A DNA stretch of 46,763 nt from a virus. Its lineage: Duplodnaviria; Heunggongvirae; Uroviricota; Caudoviricetes. The notes under the pieces were generated by a model. The model was given only the letters and a program-made list of their open reading frames with translations. It was not told the origin of the DNA and did not search any database. Position numbers and translations under genes: made by a program. Location: IMG/VR virus record IMGVR_UViG_2511231131_000008, one strand, 5' to 3'. Below are positions 11,868 to 22,348 of the stretch, in pieces (positions within the stretch are counted from its first letter, which is position 1; each line of letters opens with the position of its first letter).

Positions 11868-14443
11868 CGTCCACCTCCGGAGAACAGGCCACCATCACGC
11901 ATCTGTGTCTGAATTTCATCACGGGCACCCTTGCGGGCCATGTCATACACCGCCTTCATCAGCTGCGGCCCCGCCTGTCCGTTGGTGCCGTCGTTCTGAA
12001 TCACCACGTGATTGTTCTGATTAAAATTAATGCCTTCCGTCCGCCGCATCTGCGCCGGACTTCCGGCACCGCCCACATAACCACCTTCCGCATAGCCCCG
12101 CATCAGGCGGTACAGGTTGCCGACGCCAATCCGGCTGGTTGCTTCCTTCGTGAAGACAAACTCCCCGCGGTGGACAATACCGGCAGGTTCGTATTTGCCC
12201 CCCGTTCCCGTAAATCCCCCGGTCGCGAAATGGAAGTTCGCCGCCGCAGCCTGAATGGCCGTCCCCGTGGAGGCAGACGCCCCACCACCGAAAGCACCAC
12301 CCATGGCGCTGCCAATACTCCCGACAATCCCCACCATGGCCTGCTTCAGAAAAATCTCTGTCAGCATGGAGAGCACGGAACGGGTGAAACCACGCCAGTT
12401 CTGTTCGCTGCCGGTCAGCATCCCCGCCATATTCTGTGCAATACCGTCAAAGGTCTGCGTGGCCGCGCTTTTAACCTGCGAAAAACTGTCCGTCGCACTT
12501 TCCGCCCACTCGCCCCAGCCGGACTTCAGCCCGGCCATCCAGCTTCCACGAAGCTGCTCCTCCGCAGACCAGGTGTTCTTCAGTGCCGATGTGGCCTTCG
12601 CCAGCGCAGCCGGATTATCACCGTACACGTCACGAAGGCGCTGCTCTTCCGACTCCCGCTGCGCCTGACGGTCGGTGAGGCCGCGGGCTTTTGCGCTGAT
12701 GGCTGCCTGCTTCGCGCTCTGCTGCTGTTCAAACCGCGCCGCCTGCTGTGCCAGCTCATTCAGCCGTTTCTGGTGTTCAACCTTGTCGCCAAGCTCAGCC
12801 AGCTGGCGTTTGTACTCCAGCGTCTCTTTCTCATGGGTCAGCAGGGATTTTTCCTGCTCAGATAACTGCCGTTTCGTGGCTGCCTCTTTCAGGACCGCAT
12901 ACTGATTTTCCGCTTTCCATAAATCGCGACGCTGCTGGCTGATTTTCTCATTCGCACCGCTGTGTTTTTCCAGCGTCCGGAGCTCGGTTTCAAGCGCCAG
13001 CAGGGCAGCATGCGCCTGGTCTTCCTGACGCTCACCGGCTGACACTTTGACTCCTGACGACTTCGGCTTTTTCAGCGTCGATTCATAATCCTTTTTCGCC
13101 GCCGCCATCAGCGTGTTGTAATCCGCCTGCAGGATTTTCCCGTCTTTCAGGGCCTTATTCAGTTCTTCCTGACGGGCGGTATATTTCTCCAGCGGCGTCA
13201 GCAGACGCTCATACGCCTTCTGCGCCTCTCCGGTATACTTCAGCTGTGATGCGTCCCGTTCGGCCCGGTCCCTGGCGGCCAGTTCACCGGCTTTTTCCAT
13301 ATCCGACTGCAGCGTGGCCGCTGCCAGCCCCAGACGGGCATTTTCCCGGTCATTCCATGCGCCCTGCAGGTTGGCCCGGAAAGAGGCGGTTTTTCCCCGG
13401 CGCTGGCTCCGGCTCTGGTACCACTGCCATTTTTTATCCGCCTCATCAAATGCCTTCTGTGCACTGGCGAGCATATCCGCTGAGGACTCAGGACGACCGA
13501 TATCCAGAATGGCATCCCACATCGATTTGAATGCCTTCCCTGTTTTATCCGCCCAGGTCTCCAGTGTTCCCATGTTTTCTTTCAGGCGACGGGTCTGCTC
13601 ATCAAAGCCTTTCGTGGCGATATCGTTCGCCGCCTGCAATGCCCCGGCCTCGTCTCCGGAACGCTGCAGCTGTGCAACATACGCAATCTGCTCTGCCGTC
13701 ACGTTACGGAACTGGCGCGCCATCGCCATCAGTCCCGACGTCGGGTCAGTGGTCAGCTTCCCGAAGGCTTCAGCGACTTTATCCACCTCCACACCGGATG
13801 CAGACGCAAAACGCGCGACACTCTGGTTGATGGCATCAAACTGTTCACCACCACGCACACCGGCATTCACCAGGGCTGCCAGTGACTCTCTCGCCTGGTT
13901 AAACGTCAGCCCTGCTGCCTGCCCGGCTCTTGAGAGAGTCAGCATACGATCGGCAGTCAGTCCGGACTGATTACCGGAAAGAACCAGGGTTTTATTAAAC
14001 GCTGAAAGCGTGGAATCCCCCTGGTACCAGGCGTACACCAGCGCACCTGTCGCCACCGCCAGCGAGGTGACCCCGACCATCGGCAGGGTGATCGCACCGG
14101 CAAGCCCCCTGAACATGGGGATCATCCCGCCGAAGGAGTCCTTCACCTGACCGCCCTGTTGCAGCAGGATCAGCCAGGGATTCTGACCACCGGCAAGCTG
14201 CGTGGCGATATCCGTAAACTGTGCGGGCAGGGTTCGCATGGCCGCTTTATACTGCCCGACGGAAATCCCGGCTTTTTGTGCAGCCAGCGCCTGGCGGCTC
14301 AGGCCCTGTTCAACAGCACTGGCGGTTTTTCTGACGTCGGTATCCAGACCTGAAAAATGACGCCTTACCCGGCTCATCTGCTCATCGAAACGGACCGCAT
14401 CCAGACTCAGGTCAATAACAAGATCACCAACCGGCTGGGACAT
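11864..14443 (-). CDS. H: Tail tape measure protein H
   Basis: 859 aa; N-terminus MSQPVGDLVIDLSLDAVRFDEQMSRVRRHFSG is lambda H-like. Confidence 0.95.
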   Translation of the reverse strand: MSQPVGDLVIDLSLDAVRFDEQMSRVRRHFSGLDTDVRKTASAVEQGLSRQALAAQKAGISVGQYKAAMRTLPAQFTDIATQLAGGQNPWLILLQQGGQVKDSFGGMIPMFRGLAGAITLPMVGVTSLAVATGALVYAWYQGDSTLSAFNKTLVLSGNQSGLTADRMLTLSRAGQAAGLTFNQARESLAALVNAGVRGGEQFDAINQSVARFASASGVEVDKVAEAFGKLTTDPTSGLMAMARQFRNVTAEQIAYVAQLQRSGDEAGALQAANDIATKGFDEQTRRLKENMGTLETWADKTGKAFKSMWDAILDIGRPESSADMLASAQKAFDEADKKWQWYQSRSQRRGKTASFRANLQGAWNDRENARLGLAAATLQSDMEKAGELAARDRAERDASQLKYTGEAQKAYERLLTPLEKYTARQEELNKALKDGKILQADYNTLMAAAKKDYESTLKKPKSSGVKVSAGERQEDQAHAALLALETELRTLEKHSGANEKISQQRRDLWKAENQYAVLKEAATKRQLSEQEKSLLTHEKETLEYKRQLAELGDKVEHQKRLNELAQQAARFEQQQSAKQAAISAKARGLTDRQAQRESEEQRLRDVYGDNPAALAKATSALKNTWSAEEQLRGSWMAGLKSGWGEWAESATDSFSQVKSAATQTFDGIAQNMAGMLTGSEQNWRGFTRSVLSMLTEIFLKQAMVGIVGSIGSAMGGAFGGGASASTGTAIQAAAANFHFATGGFTGTGGKYEPAGIVHRGEFVFTKEATSRIGVGNLYRLMRGYAEGGYVGGAGSPAQMRRTEGINFNQNNHVVIQNDGTNGQAGPQLMKAVYDMARKGARDEIQTQMRDGGLFSGGGR

Positions 14444-14837
14444 ATCTCACACCTCCCGGAATCCCCGCTGAAGCCATCATTAATGCGGCATCATCCACCA
14501 TGACATCCGCCACATCCGCAGACGATAAAATATCGCGCCCTCCGTCCCCACCGAACCGGACGCCTCCGGCAAGTCCTGCCGCTTTCTGCATCAGCATTTT
14601 GTCCTCATCCGGCCTCTCCACCTGCTCTTCCTCATGCCGGGGGACAAGCAGACTGAAATCAGAGGGATGCATATCCGGATCGCAAAAAAACAGGCTGAGT
14701 ACGGCGTACGTCAGCCCGGAAAAATGCATATCCAGTTGGGTATCGAGAAAATAATGCGTACGGTAAAAATGTCGCCAGTCGGCATATTCGGTGGATGTCA
14801 TCCCGGCAAGCATGGCGCGCCAGTCAGGCCTCCCCAT
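14424..14837 (-). CDS. T: Tail assembly chaperone T segment, expressed as a G-T fusion by -1 frameshift
   Basis: ORF in the -1 frame relative to G, overlapping the start of H; position and size as in lambda. Confidence 0.8.
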   Translation of the reverse strand: MGRPDWRAMLAGMTSTEYADWRHFYRTHYFLDTQLDMHFSGLTYAVLSLFFCDPDMHPSDFSLLVPRHEEEQVERPDEDKMLMQKAAGLAGGVRFGGDGGRDILSSADVADVMVDDAALMMASAGIPGGVRYVPAGW

Positions 14838-14863
14838 CTCACGCGCCAGTCTGAGGGCAAAAT

Positions 14864-15295
14864 TCAGCTCGCCGTCGAAGACTTTCCCGCAGAAAAATCA
14901 TCATCAGTCAGCGCGTTATTTTTCGCCACTTCGGTGCTGTCAGTATCCGCATGAACAGCCCCGCTCATCCCGGACAGACGCAACACCACATCTTCCGCCC
15001 GGGCAATGGCATCCGCAGGCCAGGTGGTGAGCACCTCCTGTTCGATCTGCATCACGGCCTCATTCATTGACGGTGATGCCGTTTTCTGCGGATGGTTATG
15101 CCACAGGGACATCGCCACCAGAAACGCGCCGGTTCTGACGAGATCTTCCACGCTTACCTGCAGGTTGCCGCTGGATTCTGCCTGTTCTGCACGCCGTTTC
15201 AGGAGGGCAAGATGCTCAATACGCTGCAGCGCAGACAATTCGGAAAGCGTGACAGACACACCGTTATATTCAAATTGTTCTGTTTTCAGAAACAT
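14864..15295 (-). CDS. G: Tail assembly chaperone G
   Basis: MFLKTEQFEYNGVSVTLSELSALQRIEHLALLKRRAEQAE... is lambda G-like; start placed at ATG 15295. Confidence 0.9.
   Translation of the reverse strand: MFLKTEQFEYNGVSVTLSELSALQRIEHLALLKRRAEQAESSGNLQVSVEDLVRTGAFLVAMSLWHNHPQKTASPSMNEAVMQIEQEVLTTWPADAIARAEDVVLRLSGMSGAVHADTDSTEVAKNNALTDDDFSAGKSSTAS
14883..14889 (-). other. Programmed -1 ribosomal frameshift slippery heptamer GGGAAAG (G to G-T)
   Basis: GGGAAAG lies on the minus strand about 20 nt before the G stop codon, the same heptamer and position as in lambda. Confidence 0.8.
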
Positions 15296-15308
15296 GTATG
15301 ACCTCCGT

Positions 15309-16061
15309 TTACCCTGCAGCGCCCGCTTCAGTAACGGTGACTTCAGCCACTGCGGCGAACTGACCATTTCCGCTCACCACAGGGATCTGCACCTTACCTG
15401 TCGCCACGCCGTTTACCGTAATTGTCATATCTTTCACACTAATGGTGGCTTTCGACGGATCGGTGGAAACCGCTCTGAACGTCTTGTCTGTTGCACTTTC
15501 CGGCTCAAAAGAAACCGTCAGGGTGGTTGTTTTCCCTTTTGCCACCGTACCGGATGTCGGCGTCACCTTAATCGCAGTGACCGGCGTAATTTTGCTGCGT
15601 TCTTCCGCTACAGAAGGTTTGCCCACGTTGGTCACTTTCACCGTGCGGGTGATCACTTCTTTCGCCGTCACGGCCTTACCGATACTGCTGACCCAGCCAC
15701 GAAACACATCCACCGTGCCATTCGGAAAACGGATTTTATAGGCCCGGACATCGCCGCTTTCAAACCAGCCTATAAGCCCTTTCTGGCCTTCCTCTCCCGG
15801 TTTCCAGGCCAGCGTAAAACTGGTATCACCTGCAGATTTCTGCCCCTGCCCGGTCGCGGTCCAGTCCGCGTCTTCATCATCCAGGTAGTTATCATCGTAG
15901 GATTCTGCCGTCATCTCGCCCGGCGTCAGATCCTTCACCTTAGCCAGTCGCTGCCAGTCATCGTCTGACAACGGGTTTGCATAAGCATCACCCTTGCCGT
16001 TGTAAACCCACAGAGTGGTACCGGCACCTTTTACCGGCTCAAGGGGATTTGGTGTTGCCAT
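15309..16061 (-). CDS. V: Major tail tube protein V with C-terminal Ig-like domain
   Basis: 250 aa; lambda V-like along most of its length as recalled. Confidence 0.95.
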   Translation of the reverse strand: MATPNPLEPVKGAGTTLWVYNGKGDAYANPLSDDDWQRLAKVKDLTPGEMTAESYDDNYLDDEDADWTATGQGQKSAGDTSFTLAWKPGEEGQKGLIGWFESGDVRAYKIRFPNGTVDVFRGWVSSIGKAVTAKEVITRTVKVTNVGKPSVAEERSKITPVTAIKVTPTSGTVAKGKTTTLTVSFEPESATDKTFRAVSTDPSKATISVKDMTITVNGVATGKVQIPVVSGNGQFAAVAEVTVTEAGAAG

Positions 16062-16068
16062 ATCGTCC

Positions 16069-16464
16069 TCACATCTCGTATGTAATGGAATAAGTCAGAT
16101 CTGCAGAACTCCATAACGCCATATCGTCATCACGACGATACTCATAGCCCTGCGTAACCATCGTGGTAATCAGTCCTGCCAGTGCCGGGATCGCGGTCAT
16201 CGCCGGGTAAATCCGGCTTTCCATCCACTGATCAAGCTCTGAATCCGGTACCTGTGCCGGTAAAAACACCTCAATATGCAGCGTGGCCCGCCAGGTATCT
16301 GCATCCAGCTCTTCACCGGTATACTCTGCATCCGTCAGATAAACCGCGATCGCAGGGAAATCCTCTTCGTCAAAAACAACGGGGCGACCATCAAACAGCG
16401 TCGCCCCGTGTTCATGCTGCTCGAGTGCATCCAGCACTGCGGCACGAATGTCAGTGTGTTTCAT
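16069..16464 (-). CDS. U: Tail terminator protein U
   Basis: 131 aa, lambda U-like. Confidence 0.9.
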   Translation of the reverse strand: MKHTDIRAAVLDALEQHEHGATLFDGRPVVFDEEDFPAIAVYLTDAEYTGEELDADTWRATLHIEVFLPAQVPDSELDQWMESRIYPAMTAIPALAGLITTMVTQGYEYRRDDDMALWSSADLTYSITYEM

Positions 16465-16994
16465 CGTTTTATTGCAATCCTCAGTTGTTGTTTCAGCGCG
16501 GATGCCAGTTCTTTAGGCAGGCGTTCACGCCGGATACGGTCAACATTCTCATCAAATGCCTGTTTCAGTAGGGCCGCCATCGGGATTTTCACCACATCAA
16601 TGGGGTAACGGTTTTTCCCGGCCACACGCTGCATGACATGCCAGCGACCATTTTTTAATCGCTGAATAAATGCCCGCTGATACCGATGCTGACCGGCTTT
16701 GAGTATGCTGTTCGGGCGACGCCCCGGCATCCTGATCCCCAGCTTAATCACAGGGAGATCACCGCGGTTAACGATAATTCTGGCATTCGGATTTCTGACC
16801 GTCGCCCGTTTCAGTCTGGACCGTTCCTTAACCAGTTTCCGGCGAACCTTTGTCTCCCGGGCAACCTGTGATGAAGACTGATTAATCGCCGTTGTGGCCA
16901 CGCGGTTAATGGCCATTGCTGAAGCCGCCGGAATGGCGTTTTTACGAACCCGGCTCAGATTGTCAATCGCCTGATCAAGCCCTTTTATCGCCAT
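16461..16994 (-). CDS. Z: Head-tail joining (tail completion) protein Z
   Basis: MAIKGLDQAIDNLSR... and C-terminal ...RIRRERLPKEL... are lambda Z-like. Confidence 0.9.
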   Translation of the reverse strand: MAIKGLDQAIDNLSRVRKNAIPAASAMAINRVATTAINQSSSQVARETKVRRKLVKERSRLKRATVRNPNARIIVNRGDLPVIKLGIRMPGRRPNSILKAGQHRYQRAFIQRLKNGRWHVMQRVAGKNRYPIDVVKIPMAALLKQAFDENVDRIRRERLPKELASALKQQLRIAIKR

Positions 16995-17009
16995 AATTTC
17001 ACCCTGCGT

Positions 17010-17363
17010 TTATCGTCGCCGGTTAACTGCGGGTGGTTGACCACGGTTGAGCCAGAGATAACAGCTGCCCCCGTCATCCGGAGAAACACGATCCACCCAG
17101 AATATCTCACCATTAATGGTCAGCGTGTCACCACGCCGCACGGCACGAACCGTATCCGTCCGCACAAATAATGACGGGCTGCTTCCTTCAATACGGACCC
17201 CGCCACCGGCAAACCCCAGCGACTCCGGATCGTCAAAAACCCCCTGAACTTCGCTGCCACACTGTGCCCCCGAGGTGAACTGCGCACAGAGCCCCATCAC
17301 TTCAACAATCGTGCTGTCCACCCCGGCGAGGGCAGCATCAAAGGCATTCTGAAAATCACGCAT
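17010..17363 (-). CDS. FII: Head-tail connector protein FII
   Basis: 117 aa; ...GVFDDPESLGFAGGGVRIEGSSPSLFVRTD...VDRVSPDDGGSCYLWL is lambda FII-like. Confidence 0.9.
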   Translation of the reverse strand: MRDFQNAFDAALAGVDSTIVEVMGLCAQFTSGAQCGSEVQGVFDDPESLGFAGGGVRIEGSSPSLFVRTDTVRAVRRGDTLTINGEIFWVDRVSPDDGGSCYLWLNRGQPPAVNRRR

Positions 17364-17739
17364 GCTCAGCCGTTCCGTGCTGTATCATGGCTGTCGCCAG
17401 TGGTGATGGCACCAGAACACGCATGCCCCGGTACGTCAGTTCAACGGGACGGCCTGTCTCCGGGCAATACCCCATCACATGCAGGCATTTCCGCACACGG
17501 ACCGCTTTAACATCATCCGTAGCATCAGTGTTGTGCAACTGCTCACCATCGTCTGTGTGATTTTGCTCAGGCCCGCTCTCATCACCAGGCATAATGCCCT
17601 CCCGGGAAGCAGCAAGCTCCTCTTCCCACTCAGACACACGTTGCGCAATATCCGCAGCACTCCCCGACATATCCGCCTCGCGCCCCAGCAGGCCAGCCAG
17701 TTGACGAAGACGTTTCTGATTTTCTTCTTTTGTTGCCAT
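17356..17739 (-). CDS. FI: DNA packaging protein FI-like
   Basis: Position between E and FII; start placed at ATG 17739 with a GGGGG Shine-Dalgarno. Weaker similarity to lambda FI than the neighbours. Confidence 0.7.
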   Translation of the reverse strand: MATKEENQKRLRQLAGLLGREADMSGSAADIAQRVSEWEEELAASREGIMPGDESGPEQNHTDDGEQLHNTDATDDVKAVRVRKCLHVMGYCPETGRPVELTYRGMRVLVPSPLATAMIQHGTAEHA

Positions 17740-17790
17740 ATCAGCCCCCTGTGAAAAAAGACACGGGGGCATTTCGCCCCCGCTCACGGA

Positions 17791-18819
17791 TTATTTCACC
17801 TGCACCACCACAAACTCATCCGGATCCGGCAGCACCATCAGCGGTGCGGACTGCGTCATGGTAAATTCACGGGCCGGATCGCCCACGGTCAGCCAGTGTT
17901 TCGGGTAACGGGAAGAAGCCACCACACCTTCGGACAACGCCTGCGCATCCTGAATGGCACCGTAACAACGGATCCCATCTGCAGCCGTATTTCCCAGGAC
18001 CAGCGTGCCCTCCGGCAGATAACGTTTTTCGGTACCGTCCTCTGCCACATAAGACGTTTTCGCCACCACAATGGCCAGATCGCCGTAATACCCTTTGAAA
18101 GACACCACCGCCCCCAGGTCTTTCACTGCCGTTTCGAGTTGTGAATTTGAGCCGCGACGGGTATCCAGTTTTTCGCGGAACAGCTTAAAACCATTCAGCA
18201 GACGCCAGACAGTACCGTCCATAATGGCAATATTCACAAGACCGCTGGCCTGATCGCAGTAGAGGTCAATATCATGCGTCGGATCAAACGTATCACGGTC
18301 CTGCTCAGACCATTTTTTACCGTCGGCCTGCTCAATGTTATTTCCTTCAGAGCGTCCAAAATCCACCTCGACAGTATCAAACTGATCCCCTTCCATGGTG
18401 TATTTGCCATACAGCACGGCATTCACCGCCTGCATTTCTTCCACCTGGACAATGGCATGCTCTTCCTGTTTGAGGTTATCGGTGATGATACGCAGACGAC
18501 GGTAGGCCGGGTCGTTCAGTTGAGCCGGATCTTCACCGGGAAGACGCTCAACCGCCTGCTGGTAATTAAATTCGTGTTTCGGCTTGACGTAGCCCGGACG
18601 TAACACGCGGGTTTCACTACCGCGATGACGCAGCACTTTTCCTTCAACAACCGGGGAGACATAGGCCGCCACCGGCGTTTTTCCGGTAATTTTGTCCAGC
18701 ATCACCTCTTCGGTATGGAAATTCACCGTACGGCGGAAAAACAGCTCCAGAAACAGCGCACGAAATTTCACTTTTTGTTCGGTATAACCGAGTAACTGGC
18801 GGGTCGTAAACAATCCCAT
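17791..18819 (-). CDS. E: Major capsid protein E
   Basis: 342 aa, lambda E-like throughout (…VSPVVEGKVLRHRGSETRVLRPGYVKPKHEFNYQQ…). Confidence 0.95.
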   Translation of the reverse strand: MGLFTTRQLLGYTEQKVKFRALFLELFFRRTVNFHTEEVMLDKITGKTPVAAYVSPVVEGKVLRHRGSETRVLRPGYVKPKHEFNYQQAVERLPGEDPAQLNDPAYRRLRIITDNLKQEEHAIVQVEEMQAVNAVLYGKYTMEGDQFDTVEVDFGRSEGNNIEQADGKKWSEQDRDTFDPTHDIDLYCDQASGLVNIAIMDGTVWRLLNGFKLFREKLDTRRGSNSQLETAVKDLGAVVSFKGYYGDLAIVVAKTSYVAEDGTEKRYLPEGTLVLGNTAADGIRCYGAIQDAQALSEGVVASSRYPKHWLTVGDPAREFTMTQSAPLMVLPDPDEFVVVQVK

Positions 18820-18876
18820 AAATCAGTTCCTTTCATTCAGAAATCAGTCAGGCCACCGCGGTGGCCTGATAACGTG

Positions 18877-19224
18877 TTACGGCAGCGCCGCGTGACTCAG
18901 GGCACTGCCGGCAAAGGCATTTGCCTTTTTGTGTTCATCCACACTGTCAGGCCAGCGGATTGCCTCCGTCGCAAAGGTCCCCGACTTGTAATACGTCAGT
19001 ACCGTCTCTGTGCCTTCAAGCGGCAGTACCAGTATGCCAACCGCACTACCGGCTTTCTGTCCGTCCCAGACCACCAGTTTCCCGGTAGCTTCATCCAGCA
19101 TCAGGGGCGTCAGTGCCGGTGTTGCCGAGGAAATCCCGCTGCTGCCTGTGGCGGTATGAGCCGGATCATTACCGGCAAAAATACGTACTTCCGCACGCTG
19201 TTCAGTGATGGTTTTCGTTACCAT
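18877..19224 (-). CDS. D: Head decoration protein D
   Basis: 115 aa; ...NDPAHTATGSSGISSATPALTPLMLD... is lambda D-like. Confidence 0.9.
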   Translation of the reverse strand: MVTKTITEQRAEVRIFAGNDPAHTATGSSGISSATPALTPLMLDEATGKLVVWDGQKAGSAVGILVLPLEGTETVLTYYKSGTFATEAIRWPDSVDEHKKANAFAGSALSHAALP

Positions 19225-19260
19225 ATTGTAAAAACCTCCTGTTGATGATCAGCACTGACT

Positions 19261-20766
19261 TCATGGCATGGCCATGAGCATTTTCACGTCCGCATCACCG
19301 TCTGCTGACGTCTGTGGCACGCCACCCTGTACCGCTGCCGGTGAATGGTTCGCCATGATGCGTTCAAACAGGGCGGTTGTGGATGCAGAGACCGGTTCTG
19401 CCTTACCTGATCCCGCAGCCAGCACAGCCCGGGCGCTCTCCACAGTCATTCCCGGGCAGGCAGCCAGCTGTTCAGCCTGCGCCTCAGCCCCTTTTGCCTC
19501 ATCCAGTGCCATGATCTGATCACGGAGTGAGGGTCCGGCATCCGCCTGCGGTGAAGCAGCCAGGATCGGGCGGGCTTTTTCCACCGTCATCTCCGGCATC
19601 GCCGCCAGCGTTGCCGCCAGTTGTTCACGACCGTTCGCTTCTTCACACGCCATAATGCGATCGGCTTCACTCTGCGTGGATGCCACCGGCTGCTGCGGTG
19701 CCGCCGCGGCCAGAATCGCCCGGGCCTGTTCAACGCTCATGCCCTGTTGTCCTGCCAGCATCGTGGCAAGCTGTTCACGTCCTTTCGCTTCCTGGCATGT
19801 CAGGATCCCCATCACTCGCTGGTTCTCCTGCGCGGCGGCTTCCGTTGCAGTTAATTGCGGCATAGTGCCTCCTCTGACATTACTGTTCAGCGCCGTGGCC
19901 ATCACACTGATGGCATCCGACGCATTGATTAATTCATCCGCCAGCCCGGCCTCAATGCCGGACTGACCTTCAAAAACGGCGGCCTCTGTTCCCGTGACGG
20001 CATCAACAGACAACCCGGTATACATCGCCACTTTTTCGGCAAACATCCGGCGCGCCGCATCAATGCGCTGCTGCATGTCCTGGCGAACCTCTGCCGGCAA
20101 CGCTTCAAACTGATTGCCATCCACCTTGTGCGCCCCTGAGTAAATCAGCGTGATATCCACACCGGCCTGCGCCAGATGACCGGCATAGCTGACATGGCTC
20201 ATCATCACGCCAATGGAGCCGATACGGGATGTCTGGGTAACCAGCCGTCGGGAGCAGGCCGACGCCAGCAGCATGGCTGCAGAACAGGCCGTGTCATTGC
20301 ACAGTGCCCAGACCGGCTTCTGCTGACGGAGGCGGTAAATCATGTCAGCGCAGTCAAACGCGCCGGCGGCCTGCCCGCCCGGACTGTCAATGTCCAGCAG
20401 TACGCCCCGCACCTGGCTATCTGCCATTGCCTGCTGAAGACAGGCGACAATGCCGTCATAGCCAGTCATTCCGGAAAATGGCCGCATCCCCCCCAGCCGG
20501 TGCACCAGCGTGCCGGTCACCGGCAGTACAGCAATACCGTTCACCACCCGGTAAACACGGGCCGGTCGTTTACCTCCGGCCATGTACTCGTCCGTTTCAG
20601 CCAGCATTCCGGGAGCATCAAGCTGTACCTGCTGCTGTGGTACCGAAAGACTTGCTGCCCCCATCTCGCGCCCGAGCGCGCAAAAGAAAACCCGCGCATA
20701 GGCGGGCTCCAGAAGCAGCGGTTCATTGAATGCTGCGGCAATAATGTGTGAAAGATTACGTCTCAC
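19261..20766 (-). CDS. C: Prohead protease/scaffold protein C (S49 peptidase with Nu3-like C-terminus)
   Basis: 501 aa, lambda C-like N-terminal S49 domain; C-terminal region carries three tandem ~45-aa repeats. Confidence 0.9.
   Translation of the reverse strand: MRRNLSHIIAAAFNEPLLLEPAYARVFFCALGREMGAASLSVPQQQVQLDAPGMLAETDEYMAGGKRPARVYRVVNGIAVLPVTGTLVHRLGGMRPFSGMTGYDGIVACLQQAMADSQVRGVLLDIDSPGGQAAGAFDCADMIYRLRQQKPVWALCNDTACSAAMLLASACSRRLVTQTSRIGSIGVMMSHVSYAGHLAQAGVDITLIYSGAHKVDGNQFEALPAEVRQDMQQRIDAARRMFAEKVAMYTGLSVDAVTGTEAAVFEGQSGIEAGLADELINASDAISVMATALNSNVRGGTMPQLTATEAAAQENQRVMGILTCQEAKGREQLATMLAGQQGMSVEQARAILAAAAPQQPVASTQSEADRIMACEEANGREQLAATLAAMPEMTVEKARPILAASPQADAGPSLRDQIMALDEAKGAEAQAEQLAACPGMTVESARAVLAAGSGKAEPVSASTTALFERIMANHSPAAVQGGVPQTSADGDADVKMLMAMP
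19419..19830. repeat. Three diverged tandem repeats (~135 bp each) inside the C gene
   Basis: Encode repeated ...RIMGILTCQEAKGREQLATMLAG..MSVEQARAILAA..P units; lambda C carries one such unit as recalled. Confidence 0.7.
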
Positions 20767-22348
20767 GGGGTGTTGTCTCCTCTTCCGGCCTGCGACTCTC
20801 CGCTATCTGCTGCTGATACGCCTGCGCTATCCACACCGGACGTGAGAGTCCGGCTTTTTCCCGCTCTGCAGATTCCCTGACCTGCTGGCGGAAAATGTCC
20901 TGATAATCCTCGCCCATCAGCGCCAGCTCTTTCTCATACGTGCTCAGTCCGGCCTCAATGCGCATCACCGATTCCTGAACCTCCTTGAGCCCGTCAATGG
21001 CCATTCTTCCGGCTCCAATCCACTCAGCCCGTGACCAGGCTGATCGCGCCTGATAAAAATCAAAACGTGCCCGTGGCGGACGAATAATCCCCCGAAGAAG
21101 TGCCTCTTCCAGCCAGCAGGAAAACATCTGCGTGGCCAGCCGGGACGCAATAAATTTTCGCCGCCCCATAAAATAGCGCCACGACTCATTGGCGGATGCG
21201 CGGGCACTTGAATAACTGACCTTCGAGTAATCACGGGACAACTGTTCGTAGGAAACGCCAAGACCGGCGGCGATATACCGCAGCAGCGCCTGTTCAAGCG
21301 CCGAAAATCCATTGTCTGAATCCTGCGCGGTCTGAAGTTTCAGATCATCACCGGGGAAAAGGTGCGGAATTTTGACACCGCCCAGCGTCACGCTATTCGT
21401 GTCATACCAGGTGGAGAACTTATCCAGAATATTAATAAGCGGATTATCCTTCTGCCCCTGCGGCGCACCGGCGATATATTCAAAGGCCTTTTCGGTATCA
21501 AGGTCACTTTCAATCGTCGCTGCATACATCGCCTTCACTATGGCCGACTGAAGCTGTGTTGCCTGCAGGGAATCGAGCATCTTCAGCCGTTCCATTACGC
21601 TGTAAAACTGATTGGCCCCACGGGTCTGCCCGTCCTCCACCGGCTCGAAAATATGCAGCATGGCCGGACGCCCGGTGGGAAGTTCACGCGGGATCCGTTC
21701 CCATCGTCCACTCCCGGAGCGAGGAAAATCATCCTCACAGATATGGTACGCAACGGCACGACCATATCGATCGACCTCCACACCGGCCCGCAGAAAACGG
21801 TTCCCCATACCGTGTCCTGGCGTGTCCACCCGTTTCGGACTCACGGCTTTAAAACGCGTACGAAACAGTTGCGTGCTCTCCGTATCCCAGACCGGCTGCA
21901 CAAAGATTTCGCCGTTAAACGCATGAACGCCCACACCTTCACGAATAAATTCCGTAAACGTGCGTTTTCCTTCCACGTCGATCTCGCCAGACATCCCTTC
22001 TGCGTATTCTGACCAGGCCGCCTCCACCTCATCGACAAAACTTTTTGCCGCGGTCTCCCGCATCCCCAGCCAGCGCCAGTTCGGACGGTAGCTGATCAGA
22101 AACATATGCCCGACAATATGATCCTTATGCAGGGCCACCGCATTGGCCGCTATCCCGTTATTGCGCACCAGATCATCTGCCCGGGCATTCCCCAGACGCA
22201 ACGCAGGCAGCAGGGCTGCATCGGCACTCTGCGCCGGTGGCAACCACTCCGCCATTTGCCCGCCAAATCCTGCACCGCCCCCGTTGTAGCTGAGACTCTC
22301 ACGAAGCGGAACGCCGTTCACATCAATCAGGACAGGCGTTCGTTTCAT
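20756..22348 (-). CDS. B: Portal protein B
   Basis: 530 aa, lambda B-like sequence and position. Confidence 0.95.
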   Translation of the reverse strand: MKRTPVLIDVNGVPLRESLSYNGGGAGFGGQMAEWLPPAQSADAALLPALRLGNARADDLVRNNGIAANAVALHKDHIVGHMFLISYRPNWRWLGMRETAAKSFVDEVEAAWSEYAEGMSGEIDVEGKRTFTEFIREGVGVHAFNGEIFVQPVWDTESTQLFRTRFKAVSPKRVDTPGHGMGNRFLRAGVEVDRYGRAVAYHICEDDFPRSGSGRWERIPRELPTGRPAMLHIFEPVEDGQTRGANQFYSVMERLKMLDSLQATQLQSAIVKAMYAATIESDLDTEKAFEYIAGAPQGQKDNPLINILDKFSTWYDTNSVTLGGVKIPHLFPGDDLKLQTAQDSDNGFSALEQALLRYIAAGLGVSYEQLSRDYSKVSYSSARASANESWRYFMGRRKFIASRLATQMFSCWLEEALLRGIIRPPRARFDFYQARSAWSRAEWIGAGRMAIDGLKEVQESVMRIEAGLSTYEKELALMGEDYQDIFRQQVRESAEREKAGLSRPVWIAQAYQQQIAESRRPEEETTPRET

